A stretch of 64,000 bases of DNA, taken from an uncultured virus (IMG/VR IMGVR_UViG_3300044675_006217) (lineage: Duplodnaviria > Heunggongvirae > Uroviricota > Caudoviricetes). The stretch's first letter is position 1; each line of letters opens with the position of its first letter. Both the position numbers and the translations under genes were made by a program. The DNA is taken from IMG/VR virus record IMGVR_UViG_3300044675_006217. One strand, 5' to 3'. Of this stretch, positions 1-7,561 are shown piece after piece. Under the pieces are notes generated by a model. That model was not told the origin of the DNA. It was given only the letters and a program-made list of their open reading frames with translations, and searched no databases.

Positions 1-2
1 GG

Positions 3-155
3 TATTATGAAACAGAAAGTAGAGTTAGATATTATAGTGTGGTAAATGATGGTAGGGTGTTTACTGACAATAAACATACTTATGCTGGTTATAAAAGATT
101 TTATAGAACAATTCTTGCAACCCCTGTTACGAATAATGAATTTGAAGGAATTTAA
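3..155 (+). CDS. 3' end of a gene running in from the left edge; probable neck/head-closure protein
   Basis: Frame 3 is open from the edge: YYETESRVRYYSVVNDGRVFTDNKHTYAGYKRFYRTILATPVTNNEFEGI* (TAA 153-155). Product inferred only from its position before the tail-completion and sheath genes. Confidence 0.45.
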   Translation, partial: YYETESRVRYYSVVNDGRVFTDNKHTYAGYKRFYRTILATPVTNNEFEGI

Positions 156-162
156 TTAAATT

Positions 163-1395
163 ATGGCTTTTCCAAAACAAGTAAAAAAAAATTTACCTTT
201 GATTCCACAAAAGTTTGGTGTGGAAAGAAGAGAAGAAATGCTCGAGGACATAACAAGACATGGAACATTTTTACCAAAAGGGGTATTACATGCCGATTTG
301 GACAGGGGGTTTTTAGATTTTGTTAAAGACAAATTAGAATTAGTTGTTGATGAAAAAAAAGTACCGTTGATTGATAGAATTATAACCAATCAAAATTGGA
401 TGCAATTTACACAAACATGGAATTTTCAAGATTTAGATAAAAATATATCATTACCTTTTTTAGCAATTGTAAGAACCCCTGAAGTTAAACCAGGTAAATA
501 TGTTGGGGGTAGATTTAATGTCCCCGAAAAACTTAGAATTAATTATTTTACAGTACCAACATGGGATGGACAAAGAAAAGGTGCCGATGTCTATAAAGTT
601 CCACAACCTGTTGCCGTTGATATTGTTTACAATTTAAAGTTGTTTTGTAATCGAATGAGAGAAAACAACGAGTTTAACAAAATTGTTATGCAAACATTTG
701 CATCCGCTCAATCCTATACTCAAATAAATGGACACTATATGCCAATAATGATGGAAGAAGTGTCCGATGAGTCAGTAAAAGATTTAGAAAAAAGAAAATA
801 CTACATTATAAATTATAAGTTGACACTACAAGGGTTTTTATTAGATGAAGAAGATTTTCAAGTTTCTCCCGCAATATCAAGATATATGACGATGTTTGAA
901 GTAGATACAAAAATTAAAACTAGACGAGTTGAAATTGAACCTCCACGACCCGACAACTTTGATTTTGATTTTACTTTTCTACCTGGAGTAACACAACTAT
1001 CTGAAGTTTTTAGATATACTGCAGATTTGAAAGTTGTTGAATTGCAAAATTTATCAAGTTGTTATAATTTTAATTATACTGCAACCACAAACAACACTTT
1101 AAATTTTGTAACATGTAATAGCGGGCCATCAATCATATCAGGAATAACAAGTGGTAATACAGGAACTGTTTGTGTTCAAGGTGGTACTTTGCCCGTGTTT
1201 TCAAACCCAACAGGCGCAACAACAAACTCAACAACATCTTGTGGTAGTGCATTTTCTGTTTATATAAATGGTCTTTACATAGGTGATGATTTAGATGTGA
1301 TTCAAGTTAATGATGGGGATTCTGTATTAATAAAAGCATATAAAACTTTAATCACTCAAACATCGGTAATTAAAACTGTTGCCTATTTTGTTTAA
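163..1395 (+). CDS. Putative tail completion/terminator protein (T4 gp15-like) with C-terminal extension
   Basis: 410 aa; segments LPFLAIVR and PQPVAVDIVYNLKLF...NEFNKIVMQTF...LTLQGFL resemble gp15-like proteins; lies just upstream of the sheath gene. Confidence 0.55.
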   Translation: MAFPKQVKKNLPLIPQKFGVERREEMLEDITRHGTFLPKGVLHADLDRGFLDFVKDKLELVVDEKKVPLIDRIITNQNWMQFTQTWNFQDLDKNISLPFLAIVRTPEVKPGKYVGGRFNVPEKLRINYFTVPTWDGQRKGADVYKVPQPVAVDIVYNLKLFCNRMRENNEFNKIVMQTFASAQSYTQINGHYMPIMMEEVSDESVKDLEKRKYYIINYKLTLQGFLLDEEDFQVSPAISRYMTMFEVDTKIKTRRVEIEPPRPDNFDFDFTFLPGVTQLSEVFRYTADLKVVELQNLSSCYNFNYTATTNNTLNFVTCNSGPSIISGITSGNTGTVCVQGGTLPVFSNPTGATTNSTTSCGSAFSVYINGLYIGDDLDVIQVNDGDSVLIKAYKTLITQTSVIKTVAYFV

Positions 1396-1550
1396 TCTTC
1401 ACCATATATATCTTTAGGTTTACTACAATTTCTAATTATCAAATTTTCTAAAAACTTATACAATTTCAAACCATTTTTTTCGCAGTAAGTTTTTAATACT
1501 GAATGAGCGTCATCAGATATTTTAATGTTTTTAATTTTTTTATTTTTCAT
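1392..1550 (-). CDS. Small ribbon-helix-helix-like DNA-binding protein
   Basis: Likely start at ATG 1550 (MKNKKIKNIKISDDAHSVLKTYCEKNGLKLYKFLENLI): alternating beta-strand KNIKIS then helix-G-helix. The only credible minus-strand gene; it fills the gap between two + genes. Confidence 0.6.
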   Translation of the reverse strand: MKNKKIKNIKISDDAHSVLKTYCEKNGLKLYKFLENLIIRNCSKPKDIYGED

Positions 1551-1570
1551 AATAATTTTAGGTGAGAAAA

Positions 1571-1592
1571 AAGGCAGAATTTTGTCTGCCTT
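1571..1592. promoter_or_regulatory. Perfect 8-bp inverted repeat (operator, or minus-strand terminator/attenuator)
   Basis: AAGGCAGA-attttg-TCTGCCTT; on the minus strand it is followed by a T run, and it lies upstream of the RHH-like gene. Confidence 0.5.
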
Positions 1593-1639
1593 ATCAGATA
1601 AATATATTATTGTCAATAGTTTTTTGCAAAAATTCAATG

Positions 1640-1647
1640 TATTTATA
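1640..1647 (+). promoter_or_regulatory. Putative late promoter motif TATTTATA
   Basis: Upstream of the sheath gene; the same core recurs before many structural genes. Confidence 0.5.
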
Positions 1648-1680
1648 TATAAAACATAAAAAGCTAAAACATAATTTAAA

Positions 1681-4600
1681 ATGGCATCTAGTAATAAGGT
1701 TTTCGTCTCACCTGGTGTTTACACTTCAGAAAGAGATTTAACTTTTGTTGCACAAAGCGTTGGTGTAACAACTTTAGGTATTGTCGGTGAAACCATTCAA
1801 GGTCCCGCATTTGAACCTATTTTCATAACAAACTTTGACGAATATCAAGTTTATTTTGGGGGAACAAGTCCTGAAAGATTTGTTAATACCCAAATACCAA
1901 AATATGAGGCGTCTTATATTGCAAAGGCTTACTTAAGTCAATCAAATCAATTATTCGTAACAAGAATACTTGGATTATCAGGTTATGATGCAGGACCATC
2001 TTGGTCGGTTGTTACTATTGCAAACCCAAATCCGGCAACAATATCAGCAACAGGTAATACAACAGGTATTACATTAAACTTTACAGGAACTACAGGTACT
2101 AGTGGAAATATTACAATTACATCTGTTCCATCACAATTAAGTGCTGATTTTTACAGCACATACACGTCTTATAACGGAGGAACTTCCACATTAAATGCAG
2201 ATTTTCAAAACTTTATTTCTACTAACGTTAATAGATTTAGTTTAAGTGCGTCTACCTCAGCAACAACTGCGATTTATTGGGGTACTTTAAGTGCGAATAC
2301 ACTAACTTACGTGTCAGGGTCTTCAGTGAATACTGTAACCGCAACTTCTGAAACCTTTGGAGTTGATAATGTTAATTTATCTTTAACAAATCTTTCAGCA
2401 GATACGAATGATACATGGTACTATGCATTATTTGACTATAACAAAATTCAAAGTGTTGGCTCATATTATGGATACGGATTAGGTGCTTCAATCGGAGCGA
2501 TGTCATCTCTCGGTGGTGGTGTGTTCTCAGGTAGATGTAATATTGGTATGACATTCTATTCAGGTTCACCTTATAGTGAATGGGATGATTTAGTTGTATC
2601 AACACTACGTTCAAGAGGTCTTACCACATATTCTTCAACACAACACGGACCACAATATTGGGTTACGGGTACAAGTGACGTTCAAATGGTATGTACTGGT
2701 ACATATTCAGCAGTTACAAGTGACCCATACTCAACTTTTGTAATATCAGGTATTACATATGATTCTGAAACATTTAGTTTTGAAACTTCAATGTTGTCTA
2801 CAAATTCCAACTACATGTCAAGTTTATTTGGTAAATCAAACTTTGCGAAAGATAGAAACGAAGTTCCAATTTTTGTTGAGGAAATTTATCCAAGTTTATT
2901 AAATTCAGGTTATAACAATAGTAAAATTAGAGGTTTATACTGTGATTTAATTGCATTGGACAGTGCTGAATCGTTAGATACTGAAACTATTGGTTTCTAT
3001 TTAGAACAATATCAAACACCTAAAACTCCTTACTTAGTGTCTGAACTAAGAGGTAATTTGGTTTATAAGTTATTTAGATTTGTATTAATTTCCGATGGAA
3101 ATGCGGCTAATAGACTTGTAAAAATATCAATAGGTAATATATCTTTTACAAACAATACTTTTGACGTTTTTGTTAGAGACTTTTATGATACTGACGATAA
3201 GGTTAGAGTAATAGAAAGTTTTACAAACTGTTCATTAGACCCTACACAAAATAATTTTATAGCAAATAAAATTGGTACTTCTAATGGTGAATATCAAGTA
3301 AAATCTAAATACTTAATGATTGAAATGGCTGATGAAGCACCAACAGATGCGCTACCTTGTGGATTTGAGGGTTATATTATGAGAGAATACTCAAATGCGA
3401 CACCTCCATTTATTGTATACAAAACAAGATATTTAACGGCAGGACAGCAAATAGACAATCCTCCTTTTGGTTCTGCAAACAATGGTAATAATATTAGAAC
3501 TTCATCAGGTGAAAATGTTAGAAAAGCATACTTGGGTATTTCTAATATTACAGGTGTTGATTATGATTTCTTTGAATACAAAGGTAAACAACTTCCTACA
3601 AATATCGCAACTGACACTACAGGTCCTGATTGGGGTTATGTTACTAAAGGTTTCCATATGGATAGTGGAGCAACTATTGTAACTATTTCTAACGGATATG
3701 TTACTTCAGGTCAGTCAGCGTTTGAAGTGGGTGCGGGTTCATTCTCGAGCGAACCTTTAGACAGTGATAATCCTTATTACAACTTAAATACAAGAAAATA
3801 TACCGTATATGCTTACGGCGGATTTGACGGTTGGGACATTTATAGAGCGTCTAGAACAAACGCAGATACATTCGCGTTAGGTCAGACAGGATACAAACAA
3901 GGAGCGGCAGCTTCCGCAACATATCCTACAGCATCAGGTTGGGGAGCGTTCAAACAAATTTCAGGACCAAACCAAGAAACTTGGGCGAACACTGACTACT
4001 ACGCTTACAAATGGGGTCAATCAACATTCTCTAATCCTGAATCTACAAATATAAATGTGTTTGTTACACCAGGAATTGACTATGTAAACAACAGTAACTT
4101 AGTTGAAGATGCGGTTAATTTGATTGAGGAAGATAGAGCAGATTCAATTTACATCTGTACTACACCTGACTTTAACTTATTCTTACCTTCTTACCAAAAT
4201 ATAGAAGAGGGGTTAATTTATCCTCAACAGGCGGTTGACAATTTAGAGACTACGGGTATAGACTCTAACTACACAGCAACTTACTACCCTTGGGTATTAA
4301 CAAGGGATAGTGTTAATAACACACAAATTTATCTTCCCCCTACGGCTGAAGTTACTAAAAACTTAGCATTAACAGACAACATTGCATTCCCTTGGTTCGC
4401 ATCAGCGGGTTACACGAGAGGTCTTGTAAATGCAATTAGAGCGAGACGTAAGTTGACACAAGAAGATAGAGACGTATTATATAAAGGTAGAATCAACCCA
4501 ATTGCGACTTTCAATGATGTTGGTACGGTAATTTGGGGTAATAAAACTCTACAAATTAGAGAATCTGCACTTGACAGAATCAACGTTAGAAGATTATTAC

Positions 4601-4884
4601 TACAAGCTCGTAAGTTAATTTCAGCAGTGGCAATTAGATTATTATTTGAACAAAATGATGACAAAGTAAGACAAGACTTCTTAGATTCAGTAAATCCAAT
4701 TTTGGATTCAATTAGAAGAGACCGAGGTTTGATTGACTTTAGAGTTACAGTTTCAAATACACCTGAAGATTTAGACTCAAACACTCTTACAGGTAAGATT
4801 TACTTGAAACCAACAAGAGCGTTAGAATACATTGACATCGAGTTTGTTATTACACCAACAGGAGCATCATTTGACAACGTATAA
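1681..4884 (+). CDS. Contractile tail sheath protein (gp18-like) with large insertions
   Basis: N-terminal FVSPGVYTSERDL; C-terminal YYPW, PWFASAGYTRG, LYKGRINPI, WGNKTL, DRINVRRLL, KPTRALEYIDIEF motifs. Confidence 0.95.
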   Translation: MASSNKVFVSPGVYTSERDLTFVAQSVGVTTLGIVGETIQGPAFEPIFITNFDEYQVYFGGTSPERFVNTQIPKYEASYIAKAYLSQSNQLFVTRILGLSGYDAGPSWSVVTIANPNPATISATGNTTGITLNFTGTTGTSGNITITSVPSQLSADFYSTYTSYNGGTSTLNADFQNFISTNVNRFSLSASTSATTAIYWGTLSANTLTYVSGSSVNTVTATSETFGVDNVNLSLTNLSADTNDTWYYALFDYNKIQSVGSYYGYGLGASIGAMSSLGGGVFSGRCNIGMTFYSGSPYSEWDDLVVSTLRSRGLTTYSSTQHGPQYWVTGTSDVQMVCTGTYSAVTSDPYSTFVISGITYDSETFSFETSMLSTNSNYMSSLFGKSNFAKDRNEVPIFVEEIYPSLLNSGYNNSKIRGLYCDLIALDSAESLDTETIGFYLEQYQTPKTPYLVSELRGNLVYKLFRFVLISDGNAANRLVKISIGNISFTNNTFDVFVRDFYDTDDKVRVIESFTNCSLDPTQNNFIANKIGTSNGEYQVKSKYLMIEMADEAPTDALPCGFEGYIMREYSNATPPFIVYKTRYLTAGQQIDNPPFGSANNGNNIRTSSGENVRKAYLGISNITGVDYDFFEYKGKQLPTNIATDTTGPDWGYVTKGFHMDSGATIVTISNGYVTSGQSAFEVGAGSFSSEPLDSDNPYYNLNTRKYTVYAYGGFDGWDIYRASRTNADTFALGQTGYKQGAAASATYPTASGWGAFKQISGPNQETWANTDYYAYKWGQSTFSNPESTNINVFVTPGIDYVNNSNLVEDAVNLIEEDRADSIYICTTPDFNLFLPSYQNIEEGLIYPQQAVDNLETTGIDSNYTATYYPWVLTRDSVNNTQIYLPPTAEVTKNLALTDNIAFPWFASAGYTRGLVNAIRARRKLTQEDRDVLYKGRINPIATFNDVGTVIWGNKTLQIRESALDRINVRRLLLQARKLISAVAIRLLFEQNDDKVRQDFLDSVNPILDSIRRDRGLIDFRVTVSNTPEDLDSNTLTGKIYLKPTRALEYIDIEFVITPTGASFDNV

Positions 4885-4889
4885 TAAAT

Positions 4890-4917
4890 GTGGGGGGTCA
4901 TTCCCCCACTTATTTTT
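4890..4917 (+). terminator. Intrinsic terminator after the sheath gene
   Basis: GTGGGGG-gtcatt-CCCCCAC followed by TTATTTTT. Confidence 0.7.
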
Positions 4918-4931
4918 AAAATATAAATAAA

Positions 4932-5069
4932 ATGAAAATTAAAAAGAAAGTTATTAAAGAGTCAGTTGGAATCAAAGATTGGTCGGACAAAACTTATTCC
5001 ACAAAAAAACAAAATGTAGTTTTAACTGAATCTCAGTTAGAAAAACTTTTAGAAAAACTTCAAAAATAA
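4932..5069 (+). CDS. 45-aa small protein with LTESQL motif (not in the ORF track)
   Basis: MKIKKKVIKESVGIKDWSDKTYSTKKQNVVLTESQLEKLLEKLQK*; its stop overlaps the next start (TAATG). Confidence 0.6.
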   Translation: MKIKKKVIKESVGIKDWSDKTYSTKKQNVVLTESQLEKLLEKLQK

Positions 5070-5959
5070 TGGATATTAAAGGGTATGTTAGAAAATTTGT
5101 TCAACAAAGATTGAACGAAGGATTTGATGATGTTGGTAGACCTGACTTAAAATATTATGCATTTGATTGGGATGACAATATTTTATTCATGCCAACTTCT
5201 ATTTTGGTTATGGATGAAGACGAAAACGAAATACCCATGTCAACAGAAGACTTTGCAGAGTACAGAGAAAAAATTGGTTTTGAACCGTTTATGTATAAAG
5301 GTAAAAGAATCGTCGCATTTTCTATCGGAGCATTTAAAAACTTTAAGGAGTTTGGAAACAAAAGATTTATTATTGATTCAATGGTTGCAAAACCCGGTCC
5401 GTCTTGGTCTGATTTTGTGGAATGTATAAATGGTGGGTCAGTTTTTTCTATAATTACCGCTAGAGGTCATAGTCCTGAAACTTTAAGAGAGGCTGTTTAC
5501 AACTTAGTAATGAGTAATAAAAACGGAATAGACTCAAGAGAATTAGCTAGAAATTTATACAAGTATCGAGAAATAGGAAACAAAGTTAAAGCGGACACTA
5601 CTGTTAAAGCATTGTCACCATCAGAACTTAATGACTATTTGGACTTATGTAAATTTGAACCCGTGTCTTTTAAAAAAGGAAACGCCTCTAACCCTGAACA
5701 AGCAAAATTTGATGCATTAAAACAATTTATATCTTATTGTAAGAGTTTGGCAAGTGAATTAAAAAGTCGTTACGGGGTTGAGGGTAGTCCTATGTTTAAA
5801 AATGATGTTGAATTTAATTCAAGTTGGGAACCTTATATTGGTTTTTCAGATGACGATTTAAGAAATGTTGAAAAAATTAAAGAATTATTATCTAGTGAGT
5901 ATGAAGAATTACCTTTAAACTTATATTTAACAAAAGGAGGAAATAAAGTTAAATACTAG
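5069..5959 (+). CDS. HAD-superfamily phosphatase-like protein
   Basis: Motif I YAFDWDDNI (DxD), motif II ITARG, motif III K (EQAK), motif IV GFSDDD. Confidence 0.7.
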   Translation: MDIKGYVRKFVQQRLNEGFDDVGRPDLKYYAFDWDDNILFMPTSILVMDEDENEIPMSTEDFAEYREKIGFEPFMYKGKRIVAFSIGAFKNFKEFGNKRFIIDSMVAKPGPSWSDFVECINGGSVFSIITARGHSPETLREAVYNLVMSNKNGIDSRELARNLYKYREIGNKVKADTTVKALSPSELNDYLDLCKFEPVSFKKGNASNPEQAKFDALKQFISYCKSLASELKSRYGVEGSPMFKNDVEFNSSWEPYIGFSDDDLRNVEKIKELLSSEYEELPLNLYLTKGGNKVKY

Positions 5960-6020
5960 TTTCTAGTTATAGAATAAATTTAAAATAATTGAAAGTAAAT
6001 ACAAAAAATAATTTAGTAAG

Positions 6021-6028
6021 TATTTATA
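6021..6028 (+). promoter_or_regulatory. Putative late promoter motif TATTTATA
   Basis: Upstream of the tube gene; the 20 bp AAGTATTTATAGTAAAATAA (6018-6037) is identical to 60912-60931. Confidence 0.55.
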
Positions 6029-6062
6029 GTAAAATAAAATAAAAATTAAAAAATAAGAAAAC

Positions 6063-6551
6063 ATGGCTGATTTATTAATGAGAATGCCGTTTCAGTACGA
6101 ACCAAAAAAGAAAAATAGGTTTATACTAACATTTGACTCTAGTTTGGGTATTAATTCATGGTATGTTGAAAAAGCGTCAAGACCGTCAATTAAAATTGAT
6201 ACAAAAGAAATTAAATTTTTGAATACTGAAACTTATGTTGCAGGGTCTTTTGCGTGGGACACTATTTCTGTAACCTTAAGAGACCCGATTGGTCCATCGG
6301 CAGCTCAGGCGGTAATGGAGTGGGTTCGTTTACATGCTGAATCAGTAACAGGTCGTATGGGTTATGCTGCTGGTTACAAAAAAGATGTGAACTTAGAAAT
6401 GTTAGACCCAACAGGAGTTGCAGTTGAAAAGTGGATATTACAAAATTGTAGTATAACGGAAGCAAAATTTAATGAGGTCGGGTATGATGGTTCAGACCTT
6501 ATGACTGTAGACATGACTTTGAGACCGGATAGATGTATTCTAGTTTACTAA
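6063..6551 (+). CDS. Tail tube protein (gp19-like)
   Basis: 162 aa; EPKKKNRF, RPSI, WDTISVTLRDPI, VMEWVR, YKKD..L.MLDPTG..VEKWIL pattern of myovirus tube proteins. Confidence 0.9.
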   Translation: MADLLMRMPFQYEPKKKNRFILTFDSSLGINSWYVEKASRPSIKIDTKEIKFLNTETYVAGSFAWDTISVTLRDPIGPSAAQAVMEWVRLHAESVTGRMGYAAGYKKDVNLEMLDPTGVAVEKWILQNCSITEAKFNEVGYDGSDLMTVDMTLRPDRCILVY

Positions 6552-6575
6552 AATTTTAAAAATAAAATTATAATT

Positions 6576-6605
6576 AATCCCGTCAATAGATGGGATTTTT
6601 TATTT
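6576..6605 (+). terminator. Intrinsic terminator after the tube gene
   Basis: AATCCCGTC-aata-GATGGGATT followed by a T run. Confidence 0.7.
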
Positions 6606-6643
6606 ACAATAATTTTATTCAAAATATTTTTAAAATAAAAACT

Positions 6644-7396
6644 ATGGACGAATCAGCAAAATACGGGCAAATGGATTTTAGTTTGCCACATGACGTAATA
6701 AAATTACCATCACAAGGTATATTTTACAAACCAAAAAAAGAAACTATTAAAGTAGGTTTTTTAACCGCACAAGATGAAAATATTTTGATGTCACAAAATA
6801 ACGATAAAGATGGAATTATTTATTCATTACTTAGACAAAAAATATATGAACCTGGATTTAACATTAATGATATGTTAGATTGTGACGTTCAAGCAGTTTT
6901 AATTTTTTTAAGAAACACATCTTTTGGTCCTGAATATAACTTTACGGTTACTGACCCGAGAACAAACAAAACTTTTGAAACAACTGTTCTTTTAGATGCG
7001 TTGGATTACAAACCGATTGAAGAAAAACCTGATTTTGAAGGGTTATTCTCATATGTACTACCAAAATCTAAAAAAGAAGTTAAGTTTAGACTGTTGACAA
7101 TTGGGGACCAAAAAGAGTTGGACAAATTTAATTCTCAATATCCAGCCGGTATGACCGTACCTATTGCAACCAAAAGATTAGAAAAACAAATTGTAGAAAT
7201 CGATGGTTCTAAGGACCCACTTCAAATTGTAAAGTTTATTAATCAAATGCCAATATCAGATGCAAAAGACTTTAGAAGATTTGCATATAAATGTGAACCA
7301 AAAATCGATTTACAAAAAGTAATTCAAACCCCGTCTGGAGAAAAAGTGACTATTGATGTTACTTTTGGGGTGGAGTTTTTTCGCCCTTTCTTCTGA
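6644..7396 (+). CDS. Baseplate hub assembly / tail assembly chaperone (T4 gp26-like)
   Basis: Start moved to ATG 6644. IKLPSQG, LTAQDENIL, D..AVLIFLR..SFG.EY and a second LPKSKK unit; ends in EFF; lies between tube and tape measure. Confidence 0.75.
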   Translation: MDESAKYGQMDFSLPHDVIKLPSQGIFYKPKKETIKVGFLTAQDENILMSQNNDKDGIIYSLLRQKIYEPGFNINDMLDCDVQAVLIFLRNTSFGPEYNFTVTDPRTNKTFETTVLLDALDYKPIEEKPDFEGLFSYVLPKSKKEVKFRLLTIGDQKELDKFNSQYPAGMTVPIATKRLEKQIVEIDGSKDPLQIVKFINQMPISDAKDFRRFAYKCEPKIDLQKVIQTPSGEKVTIDVTFGVEFFRPFF

Positions 7397-7541
7397 TTAT
7401 CAAAAACATCTATTAGACGAAATATATTATTTAGTCAAGTTCGCAAGATTTTCTTATCGAGACATCATGAGTATGCCAACATATGAAAGAAAGTTCTTCA
7501 TTAATAAGTTGATTGAAGAAAATAAAAAACAACAAGAATAA
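7380..7541 (+). CDS. gp51-like / chaperone GT-type extension, probably reached by frameshift
   Basis: +1 frame overlapping the end of the gp26-like gene: YQKHLLDEIYYLVKFARFSYRDIMSMPTYERKFFINKLIEE. Resembles small T4-like gp51-type ORFs and has no convincing start of its own ahead of the conserved part. Confidence 0.6.
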   Translation, partial: FALSSDYQKHLLDEIYYLVKFARFSYRDIMSMPTYERKFFINKLIEENKKQQE

Positions 7542-7561
7542 TATTTATTAAATAAAACTAT

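Noticed and set aside
4871..4885. Perfect TTGACA and TATAAT hexamers
   Set aside because: They are only 3 nt apart, span the last sheath codons, and sit directly before a terminator.
6590..6643. Longer N-terminus for the gp26-like ORF given in the track
   Set aside because: That start lies inside the terminator hairpin; ATG 6644 follows a typical A-rich leader.
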